Positions 20,227 to 29,507 of a stretch of 64,000 nucleotides of DNA are shown here, piece after piece. Location of the stretch: assembly GCA_963767925.1 (NCBI GenBank), contig CAVYGB010000002.1, positions 1,952,001 to 2,016,000 of the forward strand, written 5' to 3'. Both the position numbers and the translations under genes were made by a program. Source of the DNA: an uncultured delta proteobacterium (GTDB lineage Bacteria > Myxococcota_A > Polyangia > Fen-1088). Under the pieces are notes generated by a model. That model saw only the letters and a program-made list of their open reading frames with translations. It ran no database searches and was not told where the DNA came from. The stretch's first letter is position 1; every line of letters begins with the position of its first letter.

Positions 20227-21332
20227 GCCGGCGCCTCCCGCACCGGGCCGCCCAGCGGCAGGGTCAGCTCGGCCACCGTGCGGGCGCCGACCCCTCCGAT
20301 GGTCAGCGTCGCCTCCGCGCCCTGGTCGGGGTAGGCCAGCGCCAGGCGGCGGGCCACCATCCGCAGCCCCTCGCCGCCGGGCCGATGCCCCTGCCAGCGG
20401 CCCCCGTTGTCCAGGGTCACCACCAGCCGGCCGGCGCCCTCGTCGGTGGTCACGGTCATCACGACCGGCCCGCGGTTTCCGGCGGCGGGGCCGTGTTTGA
20501 TGGCGTTCTCCGCCAGCGGCAACAGCAACAGGGGCGGCAGCTCGACCGCCGGCAGGGGGGTGGGCGCGTGCAGCTCCAGCCGGTACAGCTCGGCGTCGCG
20601 CAAGCGGTAGAGGTCGAACAGCGTGCGGATCAGCTCCAGCTCGGCGGCCAGCGGCCAGCTCACCGCCCGCACCCCGGTCAGGATCTCGCGCAACATCGAG
20701 GAGAGCTGCAGCACCGCCCGCTCGGCAATCTCGCCGTCCTGGCGGCACCACTCGGCGATGGCGTTCAGCGTGTTGAAGAGGAAGTGGGGATCCAGGTGGG
20801 CCCGCAGCGCCAGGAGCTGGGCCCGCTCGGCCGCCCGCTCCAGCTCCACCGCGCGCGTCTCCGCCGCCCGCAGCCGGTCGTGAAAGTCGATGTCCCGGGC
20901 CAGCCCCCAGCCGCCCGCCAGGAACAGGGCCAGGCAGACGACCAGGCTGCCCCGCAAGGTGATCAGCGTCGGCTGCATGTCCAGCACCCGCGGGATCACC
21001 GCCCCGATGACCAGCACCACGCCCACGCCGACCGCCGCGTACAGCGACAGCCGGACCGAGAGCTGACCGAGCTGGGGCCCGAACGGGAACAGCACCCGCC
21101 AGGACACCGGCGCCACGAGCACGAACGCCAGGCACATCGCCACCCCCAGCGGCACCGCCAGGGGGTCGCCGCCGAAGCTGGCCTGGGCCGTCACCAGCGC
21201 CGCCGACACGAGGAGCACGGGGGCCAGCCGCTTGGGCTCGAGCAGGGCCCGCCAGGTGCGGCGCAGGATCGAGCCCGCCGGCTCCGGGCTGACCGGCGCC
21301 AGCGCGCCCCGGGCGGCGGGGGGCCCGCTCAC
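20223..21332 (-). CDS. LytS/YehU-family sensor histidine kinase
   Basis: LRAHLDPHFLFNTLN, LAENAIKHG and four N-terminal TM segments; GTGA overlap with the upstream gene. Confidence 0.92.
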   Translation of the reverse strand: MSGPPAARGALAPVSPEPAGSILRRTWRALLEPKRLAPVLLVSAALVTAQASFGGDPLAVPLGVAMCLAFVLVAPVSWRVLFPFGPQLGQLSVRLSLYAAVGVGVVLVIGAVIPRVLDMQPTLITLRGSLVVCLALFLAGGWGLARDIDFHDRLRAAETRAVELERAAERAQLLALRAHLDPHFLFNTLNAIAEWCRQDGEIAERAVLQLSSMLREILTGVRAVSWPLAAELELIRTLFDLYRLRDAELYRLELHAPTPLPAVELPPLLLLPLAENAIKHGPAAGNRGPVVMTVTTDEGAGRLVVTLDNGGRWQGHRPGGEGLRMVARRLALAYPDQGAEATLTIGGVGARTVAELTLPLGGPVREAPA

Positions 21333-21907
21333 GCCAGTCCAGGGGGCAGCGGGCGCGTGCCCCGGCGTTTGCCCACCAGGTTGATCCATGCGGTACGCAT
21401 CAGGATGGCCAGGTCCAGCCCCGGCGTCCACCGCTGCGCATAGTGCAGCTCGAGGGCCGACGTGAGCGCGGCACCCCGCGCGCCGCACACCTGCGCCAGC
21501 CCGGTCAGCCCCGGCGGCAGCTCGAGGCGGCGGGCCAGCTCCGGGTGGATGGCCGCCAGCCGCTTGAAGTCGTCAGGGGTCAGCGGGCGCGGGCCCACCA
21601 GGCTCATGTCCCCGGTCAGGACGTCGAGGAGCTGCGGCAGCTCGTCCAGGCCGTGTTGCCGCAGGTGGCGGCCGAGGCCAGTGGGCTTGCGCGCCAGCGG
21701 GTCCGCCTCGGTGGTCATCGAGCGCAGCTTGAAGATGCGAAACCGCCGCCCCCCGCGCCCCAGCCGTTCCTGGGGAAACATCACCGGCCGCCCGTCCACC
21801 AGCAGCACCGTGAGGGCCAGCAATCCGAGCAGGCCTCCCCAGAGCGGGAAGGTGAGGAGCGCCAGCGTCATGTCGATCATCCGTTTCTGAAAGAGGCGAA
21901 GCGGCAT
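21329..21907 (-). CDS. Bacterial sugar transferase (polyprenyl-phosphate glycosyl-1-phosphate transferase catalytic domain)
   Basis: KRMID, FKLRSM, LDELPQL, GDMSLVGPRP and PGLTGLAQV. Confidence 0.92.
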   Translation of the reverse strand: MPLRLFQKRMIDMTLALLTFPLWGGLLGLLALTVLLVDGRPVMFPQERLGRGGRRFRIFKLRSMTTEADPLARKPTGLGRHLRQHGLDELPQLLDVLTGDMSLVGPRPLTPDDFKRLAAIHPELARRLELPPGLTGLAQVCGARGAALTSALELHYAQRWTPGLDLAILMRTAWINLVGKRRGTRPLPPGLA

Positions 21908-21953
21908 GCCTTCAAGATGACCGGGGGCGGCCCGGGCACAGGCCCGCACTGGC

Positions 21954-22070
21954 TGGACGGTCGCGAGCCGCCGGTGAACGGCCGCAATCGCACCCGGGCG
22001 GCGGGACGTGCCGGGCCGGACCGTTCGCGGTGGCCGGGCGGACGCTCGCGCCCCCGGCCCGACCGGTCAC
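21954..22070. promoter_or_regulatory. Putative LytTR-type direct-repeat operators in the divergent promoter region
   Basis: Plus strand GACCGTTCGC (22019), GGACGCTCGC (22040), GACCGGTCAC (22061); minus strand CGGCCGTTCA (21984-21975) and CGACCGTCCA (21963-21954). Both sets have a 21-bp period. Confidence 0.55.
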
Positions 22071-22135
22071 CGGGATCGCCAGAGCGTACCGCGACGCTCG
22101 CTCGCACCATCGTCGAGAAAGCGAGGACATCCCCG

Positions 22136-23140
22136 ATGCCGCCAGCCGCCGCCCAGCCCACCCAGCCCGACCACGGTCGATCTTCAGACGATCGACTGCC
22201 CAGCAACGATCGATCGCCCGCGAGCCGTCTACCGTCCGCGGACAATAGACTGCCCGCCAACGATCGCTCGTCCGCGAGCCGTCTACCGTCCGCGGACAAT
22301 AGACTGCCCGCCAACGATCGCTCGTCCGCCGGCCCTCGACCGCCGTCCCCCTGGGAGCATCACCGCCAGCACTTCGAGCACAAGCAGAGCCGGCCGCTGC
22401 CCCCGGTGCCGGCCGTGCTTGCGCCTTCACCGCCCGGAGTGGCGGGGGCGTTCGCCCGGGTCCTGGCGCGGTTTCAGCTCGGCGAGGCCGGGGAGGGGCG
22501 GATCGCCCGCGAGATCCACGAGGTTCAGCTCCCCGGCGTCGACGCCGACTACCGGCGCGCGCTTGAGCTGTTCGTGAAGGAGGAGGGGCGGCACGCCCGC
22601 ATCCTGGCCGCCCTTGTGCGCGCGCTGGGTGGCAGCCTGCTGTCCCACCGGGCCAGCAACCACCTGTTCCGCTGGTGCCGGCGCCTCCTGGGCCTGCGCT
22701 TCAAGCTGCTGGTGCTGCTGGTCGCCGAGGTTGTGGGCGGCGAGACCTACGCCGCCCTGGCCCGGGTGGCCCGCTGGCCGGCCGCGCGCGCCGCGCTCGA
22801 GGAGCTGGCCGCCGACGAGCGCCACCACCTCGTCTTCCACACCGCGTTCCTGCGCAGCCAGGCGCGCACGCCGCTGGCCCGCCTGGCCGGCCGCTGCGCC
22901 CTCTGGCTGGTGGGCCTCGGCGCCCTCACGGTCGTGTTGCTGGAGAACCGCCGGGATCTGGGCGTCGTGACCCGGGCCTTCGCCAGCCCCCTCGACCCCG
23001 GTGGCCGCGCAACCACCCCGACCAGCGGCCGCCGCGCCCTCGTCGAGCGCATCGTCACGACCTTGCACCTGGCCGATCGAGCCGCCTTCGGCCGCACCCC
23101 GCCGCAAACCCTGATCCCGGTCCGGGCGGTGCGGACATGA
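22136..23140 (+). CDS. Ferritin-like (di-iron carboxylate) protein with low-complexity N-terminus (start uncertain)
   Basis: FQLGE, KEEGRH, AEVVG and DERHH give the E...ExxH...E...ExxH pattern; ATGA overlap with uppS. Confidence 0.75.
   Translation: MPPAAAQPTQPDHGRSSDDRLPSNDRSPASRLPSADNRLPANDRSSASRLPSADNRLPANDRSSAGPRPPSPWEHHRQHFEHKQSRPLPPVPAVLAPSPPGVAGAFARVLARFQLGEAGEGRIAREIHEVQLPGVDADYRRALELFVKEEGRHARILAALVRALGGSLLSHRASNHLFRWCRRLLGLRFKLLVLLVAEVVGGETYAALARVARWPAARAALEELAADERHHLVFHTAFLRSQARTPLARLAGRCALWLVGLGALTVVLLENRRDLGVVTRAFASPLDPGGRATTPTSGRRALVERIVTTLHLADRAAFGRTPPQTLIPVRAVRT
22205..22329. repeat. 54-bp tandem repeat, about 2.3 copies (NDRSSASRLPSADNRLPA)
   Basis: aacgatcgctcgtccgcgagccgtctaccgtccgcggacaatagactgcccgcc repeated. 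Confidence 0.85.
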
Positions 23141-23850
23141 ACCCCGCCTGCCACGTGGCCATCATCATGGACGGCAACGGCCGCTGGGCCGAACGCCGCG
23201 GCCTGCCCCGCCTGTATGGCCACGAGCGGGGCGCCGACGCCGTCCGGCGCACCGTCACCGCCGCCCGCAAGCTCGGCCTGGAGGCGCTGACCCTCTACGC
23301 CTTCTCGGAGCAGAACTGGGGCCGCCCCCCCGGCGAGGTCAAGCACCTCATGTCCCTCATGCGCGCCTACCTGCGCCGCGAGCGCGGGGAGCTGCAGAAA
23401 AACGGCGTACGCCTCCGCCTCATCGGCGACCGCACCCGCCTGCCCCCCGAGGTCCGCAGCGAGCTCGACGCCACCGAGGCCGCCACCGCCAGCAACACCG
23501 CCCTCCTCCTCTCCCTCGCCGTCTCCTACGGCGCCCGCGAGGACCTCGTGCAAGCCGCCCGCACCCTGGCCCTCGCCGTCCGGGCCGGCCACCTGCCCCC
23601 CGAGTCCATCGACGAGGCCTCCGTCGCCGCCGCCCTCACCACCCACGGCCTCCCCCCCGTCGACCTCGTCATCCGCACCTCCGGCGAACAGCGCCTCTCG
23701 AACTTCCTCCTCTGGGAGGCGGCCTACGCCGAGCTCTATTTCACCCCCACCCTCTGGCCCGACTTCGGCGAAGACCCCCTCCGCGCCGCCCTCGACGCCT
23801 ACACCCACCGCCAGCGCCGCTTCGGCCTCGTCGCCGAACAGGTGGGTTGA
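23137..23850 (+). CDS. uppS: cis-prenyltransferase (undecaprenyl diphosphate synthase family)
   Basis: HVAIIMDGNGRWA, YAFSEQNWGRP, DLVIRTSGEQRLSNFLLWE and RRFG. Confidence 0.93.
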   Translation: MNPACHVAIIMDGNGRWAERRGLPRLYGHERGADAVRRTVTAARKLGLEALTLYAFSEQNWGRPPGEVKHLMSLMRAYLRRERGELQKNGVRLRLIGDRTRLPPEVRSELDATEAATASNTALLLSLAVSYGAREDLVQAARTLALAVRAGHLPPESIDEASVAAALTTHGLPPVDLVIRTSGEQRLSNFLLWEAAYAELYFTPTLWPDFGEDPLRAALDAYTHRQRRFGLVAEQVG

Positions 23851-23865
23851 GCACAGCCCGCTGGT

Positions 23866-24549
23866 CTACCGGGAGCTGGCGCAGCGGAAGCCCTGGCGGG
23901 ACCAGGTGCCGCCGGGGAAGCGGTGGCGGAGGGTGGTCGTGTCGTTGGGGCTGACCCAGACGTCGGAGCCCATGTAGATGCGCCCCTCGACCCATTCCTT
24001 GGCATTGCCGTAGAGGTCGCAGGCGCCTTCCTGGCTGTTGCCGGCGGGGCGGCTGCAGACGGGGGCCGACCAGTCTGCGGCCGCCAGACATTGCTTGATG
24101 GCGGCGCGCTCGCAGCTCGGGGGCGCGTCGCCCCAGGGGAAGCGGCGGGAGGTGGTACCGAGGGCGGCGCGCGTCCACTCGGCCTCGGTGGGGAGGCGCT
24201 TGCCGGCCCAGCTGCAGTAGGCGATGGCCTGGTCGTACTTGACGGCGGTGATGGGCCGGTCTTCCTGGCGGCGGCGGTATTCGTGGCCGGGGCAGCGGGC
24301 GGCGCACGTGGGGCGGTCGGGGGGCTTGCACGCGCCGGCCTCGACGCAGCGGCGGTATTGACCGACCGTGACCTCGCCCTTGTCGAGGCGGTAGGCGGTC
24401 ACGCACACCTTGCGATCCTCCACCGTGATGCAACCCGCGGGGATGTCGACCATGACCGCCGCATCCCGGTCCGGTTCAGCAGCGGCTGCGCCCGTGCGCA
24501 GCGCAAGCACGACGAGCAAGACACGTGCGGGCATCCCGGTTTCCCTCAT
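23866..24549 (-). CDS. Secreted FGE-sulfatase (SUMF1-like) domain protein
   Basis: Signal peptide; EVTVGQY, KRLPTEAEW, FPWG, DLYGNAKEWV and GFRC. Confidence 0.88.
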   Translation of the reverse strand: MRETGMPARVLLVVLALRTGAAAAEPDRDAAVMVDIPAGCITVEDRKVCVTAYRLDKGEVTVGQYRRCVEAGACKPPDRPTCAARCPGHEYRRRQEDRPITAVKYDQAIAYCSWAGKRLPTEAEWTRAALGTTSRRFPWGDAPPSCERAAIKQCLAAADWSAPVCSRPAGNSQEGACDLYGNAKEWVEGRIYMGSDVWVSPNDTTTLRHRFPGGTWSRQGFRCASSR

Positions 24550-24618
24550 CCGTCACTCATGGACGCAGGGCATTCCTGCCTCCCTCTTCATCTGTCACCC
24601 ATGGACTCACTCCTGGAC

Positions 24619-25659
24619 TCACTCATGGACGCGGAAACCGTCGCGTCTGTTCCAGGTGGAGACGCTGGCGTACCTGGGGTCCACCCGGCTGGGGTCGTCG
24701 CCGTCGGTGAGGCTCTCCCAGGTGGCGAGCTGGCGGGGGGCGCCACCTTCGGCCTTGGGAGAGAAGCCGTCGTAGGCCCAAACACTGTCGAGGTTGGGGA
24801 ACCAGCTCCGGTATTTGGTGATGTCGTCTTCGCCGCCGCAGTTGCACGCCGATACCGCCAGGTGCTCGATCTTGCCGGCGCCCCCGGGGAAGATCGCCGC
24901 CACCTCGCCGACGGTGTCGAGCACGATCTCGTTTTCGCTCGGCGAGCTCGTGTCGCCGCCCCAGAGGGTGCCGCCGCTCTGGTGGCCCGAGAGCACGAGG
25001 CGGCTGGCGGGGACCGCGCCGGTGCCGACCTGCCAGAGGCTCACGCCCAGCAGGGCGACCTCGTCGCGGGCCTCCTCGACCTGGCGGCCGACCACCCGCA
25101 GCAGGGCGTCGGCCTGGGCGGCGGGCATGCCCTCGCGCACCAGGGCGCCCCGGAAGCTGGTCCGGCCGGACGCGGTCGCCAGGTCGTGGGTCGCGCCGCC
25201 GAACGCCACCCCGCCGTCGTAGTCGCCGGCGATCCGGTGGACGCCGCCACTGGTTGCCGGGTTGGCCGTGGCCAGTCGGTCCGCCTCCCGATACGACTCC
25301 GGCCGCATGCCGAGGTGGATGATACCGCGGGTCTGCGCCCCCAGTCGGTGGCGATTGGCCTCGTCCTTCAGCTCGTCGAACAGCGCGCCGGCCTTGGTCT
25401 CGGCCCCGGCGGCGTCGAACGCCCGAAAAGTTCCGGCGTTTCCGTCGGTGTCGAAGCCATCGACCAGCTTGAACAGCTTGCCCCACTCCGCGTCGCCCTT
25501 GATCTGCCCGTCCCCTCCCGCCACCCGGCGGAGGTCGCCGGCGTCGAGGCCGGCGGCGGTCAGGGCCCGCGTCATCTCGGGGGACAGGTCGTTGACGTTT
25601 ATCGCGCCGCCGTCCCGACCCAGGTCACCCGCGAACCCCCGCTTGCTGATGCTCGTCAT
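24619..25659 (-). CDS. Hypothetical protein with EF-hand-like N-terminus and possible caspase-fold (clan CD-like) domain
   Basis: DGFDTDGNAG; LVLSGH followed about 40 aa later by LAVSACN; typical codon usage. Confidence 0.6.
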   Translation of the reverse strand: MTSISKRGFAGDLGRDGGAINVNDLSPEMTRALTAAGLDAGDLRRVAGGDGQIKGDAEWGKLFKLVDGFDTDGNAGTFRAFDAAGAETKAGALFDELKDEANRHRLGAQTRGIIHLGMRPESYREADRLATANPATSGGVHRIAGDYDGGVAFGGATHDLATASGRTSFRGALVREGMPAAQADALLRVVGRQVEEARDEVALLGVSLWQVGTGAVPASRLVLSGHQSGGTLWGGDTSSPSENEIVLDTVGEVAAIFPGGAGKIEHLAVSACNCGGEDDITKYRSWFPNLDSVWAYDGFSPKAEGGAPRQLATWESLTDGDDPSRVDPRYASVSTWNRRDGFRVHE

Positions 25660-25723
25660 GAGTCGGTATCGGCTCCCCGGTGGTCGAGTTGCGTCTGTCG
25701 GGGTCTCGGCTGAAACTGGGGGG

Positions 25724-26815
25724 GTGAAGTTGCCGGTGGTGCCGCCTGTTCCTCCCATGCTGGCCAAGCTCGCGCGCGGGTTGCCGGAGGGGGAGGGGTG
25801 GCTGTTCGAGCCGAAGTGGGATGGGTTTCGCACCCTGGTGTTCCGGGACGGGGACGAGGTCTACCTGCAGAGCCGGGACGAGAAGCCGATGAACCGCTAT
25901 TTCCCGGAGCTGCTGGCCCCCCTGGCGGCGCAGCTCCCGGCCCGGGCGGTGCTCGATGGCGAGATCGTCATCGCGGGCGAGGGGGGGCTGCGGTTCGAGT
26001 CGCTGCTCCACCGCATCCACCCGGCCGCCTCGCGGGTGGCCATGCTGGCCGAGCAGACCCCCGCCTCGATCGTGTTCTGGGACCTGCTGGCCCTCGACGA
26101 CGAGGACCTGCGCCCGGCCCCCTTCTCCCGCCGCCGCCACCTGCTCGAGGAGCGCCTCGGCGCGGCCACCCCGCCCTTGCACCTCACGCCCGCCACCCGC
26201 GACCGGGCCCTGGCCCTCGACTGGTTCACCCGCTTCGAAGGGGCGGGGCTCGACGGCGTCATCGCCAAGCCGCTCGATCAGCCCTACAAGCCGGGCGAGC
26301 GGGCCATGTCGAAGGTAAAACACGAGCGCACGGCCGACTGCGTGGTGGCCGGCTTCCGCTGGCACAAGAACGGCCCCGGCACGATGATCGGCTCGCTCCT
26401 GCTCGGCATCCACGACGACAAGGGGACCCTGCACCACGTGGGCATCGCCGCCAGCTTCAGCGTCAAGGTCCGGCACGAGCTTGTCGAGGAGCTGGCCCCC
26501 CTGCGCGAAAACGCCCTCGAGCAGCACCCCTGGCGCCAGTGGCGCTTCGACCCCGAGGAGTCCCCCGGCAAGCGCATGCCCGGCGGCGGCAGCCGCTGGA
26601 ACCGGGGCAAGGATCTGAGCTGGGAGGCGCTGCGCCCCGAGCGGGTCTGCGAGGTGGCCTACGACCACCTGCAGGGCAGCCGCTTCCGCCACGCCACCCA
26701 CTTTCGCCGCTGGCGCCCCGACAAGACCCCCCAGGACTGCCGCTACGACCAGCTCGAGGAGACCCCCCCCTTCGAGCTGAGCAAGATCTTCGCCGAGGCC
26801 AGCAGCACCCGCTGA
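25724..26815 (+). CDS. ligC: ATP-dependent DNA ligase, LigC type
   Basis: PVPPMLAK N-terminus, EPKWDGFR adenylation motif, LDGEIV, DGVIAK, RWN.GKDLSW and RWRPDK. Confidence 0.92.
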   Translation: MKLPVVPPVPPMLAKLARGLPEGEGWLFEPKWDGFRTLVFRDGDEVYLQSRDEKPMNRYFPELLAPLAAQLPARAVLDGEIVIAGEGGLRFESLLHRIHPAASRVAMLAEQTPASIVFWDLLALDDEDLRPAPFSRRRHLLEERLGAATPPLHLTPATRDRALALDWFTRFEGAGLDGVIAKPLDQPYKPGERAMSKVKHERTADCVVAGFRWHKNGPGTMIGSLLLGIHDDKGTLHHVGIAASFSVKVRHELVEELAPLRENALEQHPWRQWRFDPEESPGKRMPGGGSRWNRGKDLSWEALRPERVCEVAYDHLQGSRFRHATHFRRWRPDKTPQDCRYDQLEETPPFELSKIFAEASSTR

Positions 26816-26820
26816 CCCAG

Positions 26821-27412
26821 CCGCAGACCCCTCACCCCCCCTCTCCCCGCTGCCGCGGGGCGAGGGCGAACGGGCAGGGGCCAGCAAGAATCTGGGACGA
26901 GTCGGCGACTGAGCGCGGCTCGGAAGATGATCGAGGCACGTGACCAATTGTTCGCCCTCGCCCCGCAGCAGCGGGGAGAGGGTGGGGTGAGGGTGGGCGA
27001 GGGCGAACGGGCAGGGGCCAGCAAGAATCTGGGACGAGTCGGCGACTGAGCGCGGCTCGGAAGATGATCGAGGCACGTGACCAATTGTTCGCCCTCGCCC
27101 CGCAGCAGCGGGGAGAGGGTGGGGTGAGGGTGGGCGAGGGCGAACGGGCAGGGGCCAGCAAGAATCTGGGACGAGTCGGCGACTGAGCGCGGCTCGGAAG
27201 ATGATCGAGGCACGTGACCAATTGTTCGCCCTCGCCCCGCAGCAGCGGGGAGAGGGTGGGGTGAGGGTGGGCGAGGGCGAACGGGCAGGGGCCAGCAAGA
27301 ATCTGGGACGAGTCGGCGACTGAGCGCGGCTCGGAAGATGATCGAGGCACGTGACCAATTGTTCGCCCTCGCCCCGCAGCAGCGGGGAGAGGGTGGGGTG
27401 AGGGGTCTGCGG
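26821..27412. repeat. REP/MITE-like element: four essentially identical 137-bp units bounded by ~52-bp terminal inverted repeats
   Basis: Units start at 26858, 26995, 27132 and 27269; 26821-26871 is a near-perfect reverse complement of 27361-27412. Confidence 0.9.
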
Positions 27413-27462
27413 TGTGACGGTGGGGACGGCGGGAAAACCCGGCTGTCGCTCCGCGGGTGACG

Positions 27463-29130
27463 TCAGACGCGGGCGGCGACCGGCACCACCACGTCGAAGA
27501 CGGTGCCGTTGCCCTCGCGTTGCACGACCAGGTGCCCGCCGCTGCGGTTGAGCAGGCGGTAGGCCAGGGCCAGGGCGATGTTGAGCCGCATGGTGCGCGA
27601 GCGGGTGTATTGCACCTCGATGCGGGGGTCGAACAGGCGGCGCATCTCCTCCTCGGTGAGCTTGAGGCCCTCGTCGGCGATGCGCAGGTGGGTGACCGTG
27701 TTGTCGGAGCGGGCGCTGATCCGGAGCAGGCTCCGTCCGTTGCCCGGGCTCCGCTCGGGGCGGCGCAGGAAGGCCAGCACGTTGAGCACGGCGGTGCGCA
27801 GGTCCTCGCTCGAGACCGCCACCATCAGCACCCCCGGCAGGTTGCAGCTGATGTTGGTGTCCTCGGGGTACACGGCCGCCAGGCAGTCCTTGACCACCCG
27901 GCTGACGTCGGCCTGCCCGCGGATTGGCTGTGGCTCGACGGTGCCCAGGCGGGTGAAGCCCGCCACCAGGTCGGCGATGCGGCGAAAGGCCTCCACCACG
28001 TCCTCCACCACCTCGGCGATGTCCCGCACCGCCAGGTCGTAGCTGTCGCCCTCGCCGAGCAGGCGCGCGGAGACCTCCCTGGCCTGGCGGTCGGGCAGCT
28101 CGCGCAGGTAGTCCGCCGCCGCCTTCGCCGACTGCCAGAGCTGGCTCACCTGGGCGGCGTAGTCGGTGAGCGAGCGCAGGTTGAGCTGCACGGAGGCCAG
28201 CGGGTTGTTGAGCTCGTGGGCCACCGCGCTGGCCAGCTCCCCGGCCAGCGACAGCTTCTCGGCCTGCACGAGCTGCTCGCGGGTCCGCACCAGCTCCTCC
28301 ACCTTGCGCCCCAGCTCCTCGTGCAGGCGGGCGTTGTCGAGGGCCAGGGCGAGCTGGCCCGAGAGGACCGTGCCCCGCTGCAGCTCGCTGCGGGAGAAGG
28401 GGGGGATGGGCAGGGTCCGCAGCAGCACCAGCGCGCCCAGGTGGGCGTCGCGCGCCGAGAGGGGATAGGCCAGGGCCGACCCCACGCCGGGGAAGCAGCG
28501 GGCCTCGTCGCCCGCCACGCGCAGGGGGCCCGTCTCCAGGGCCCGGGCGGCCAGGTTCCGGTAGGTCTCGGGGCTGGCCGAGTTGCCCGAGCGGTGCACC
28601 GTCGCGGTGGGGGCCACCGGGTCGCCCAGCACCAGCCCGGCGTCGTCGGTGTGCAGGACCCGCCGGGCCAGCTCGAGGATCAGCGTCACCAGGTTGTTGG
28701 GGTTCAAGGTGGCCAGCAGCGCCCGGCTGGCCTCGTACAGCGCCACCACCCCCTGCAGGTGGCTCTTCTCCATGGCCCGCCCGATCAGCGCCTTGAGGTC
28801 GTTGAGGTCGTAGGGCTTCTGGATGTAGTCGTAGGCCCCCAGCTTCAGGCTCGCCACGGCGGTCTCCACCGTGGCGTAGCCGGTGGCCACGATGACCTCG
28901 ATGTCGGGATCGATCTTGCGGAGCGCGTCCAGGGTGGCCACCCCGTCCATGCCCGGCATCTTGAGGTCGGTGATGGCCAGGTCGAACTTGCGCTCGCGCA
29001 GGCGCTCGACGGCGGCCATCCCGTTCTCCGCCGCCTCCACCTCGAACCCCTCCTGGGACAGCTCGTAGGCCAGCATCTCCCGCAGCCCGGGCTCGTCGTC
29101 GACGATGAGAACGCTGCCCCGAGTCTTCAT
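27463..29130 (-). CDS. Receiver-GAF-HisKA hybrid protein with degenerate HATPase domain
   Basis: LIVDDE, TDLKMPG, YIQKP; GAF-like ALALDNARL; AHELNNPL; no DxGxG or GxGLGL boxes. Confidence 0.85.
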   Translation of the reverse strand: MKTRGSVLIVDDEPGLREMLAYELSQEGFEVEAAENGMAAVERLRERKFDLAITDLKMPGMDGVATLDALRKIDPDIEVIVATGYATVETAVASLKLGAYDYIQKPYDLNDLKALIGRAMEKSHLQGVVALYEASRALLATLNPNNLVTLILELARRVLHTDDAGLVLGDPVAPTATVHRSGNSASPETYRNLAARALETGPLRVAGDEARCFPGVGSALAYPLSARDAHLGALVLLRTLPIPPFSRSELQRGTVLSGQLALALDNARLHEELGRKVEELVRTREQLVQAEKLSLAGELASAVAHELNNPLASVQLNLRSLTDYAAQVSQLWQSAKAAADYLRELPDRQAREVSARLLGEGDSYDLAVRDIAEVVEDVVEAFRRIADLVAGFTRLGTVEPQPIRGQADVSRVVKDCLAAVYPEDTNISCNLPGVLMVAVSSEDLRTAVLNVLAFLRRPERSPGNGRSLLRISARSDNTVTHLRIADEGLKLTEEEMRRLFDPRIEVQYTRSRTMRLNIALALAYRLLNRSGGHLVVQREGNGTVFDVVVPVAARV

Positions 29131-29507
29131 GTGCTCTCCCCCGCCCTCGCCCCTTCCAGCGCCGCGATCAGCTCGTCGAGGCCGATCGGCTTGTGCAGGC
29201 AGCAGATCCCCTGGCCGATCACCCGCTGCTCGAACACCCCCTCGAAGTCCGAGTTGCTGGTGACAACCACGATCGCCTGACCGGGCCGCAGCTTGCGAAT
29301 CTCGTCGAACGCCTCCGGGCCCCCCATGCGGGGCATGTGCACGTCCAGCACCACCACGTCGAAGGCCCGCCCCCGGATCGCTGCCACCGCCTGCAGCCCG
29401 TCGGGCACCGTGACGACCTCGTAGCCCAGCGGCTCGAGGGCAAAGTGGCACAGGTCGCGCAACCCCGCCTCGTCGTCGGCCACCAGGACGCTCCGCCCGT
29501 TGCCCAT
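29127..29507 (-). CDS. Single-domain response regulator
   Basis: LVADDE, LDVHMPRMGG and LHKP. Confidence 0.9.
   Translation of the reverse strand: MGNGRSVLVADDEAGLRDLCHFALEPLGYEVVTVPDGLQAVAAIRGRAFDVVVLDVHMPRMGGPEAFDEIRKLRPGQAIVVVTSNSDFEGVFEQRVIGQGICCLHKPIGLDELIAALEGARAGEST

Noticed and set aside
26821..27412. CRISPR array
   Set aside because: The inter-repeat segments are identical rather than unique spacers, the period is 137 bp, and no cas genes are present.
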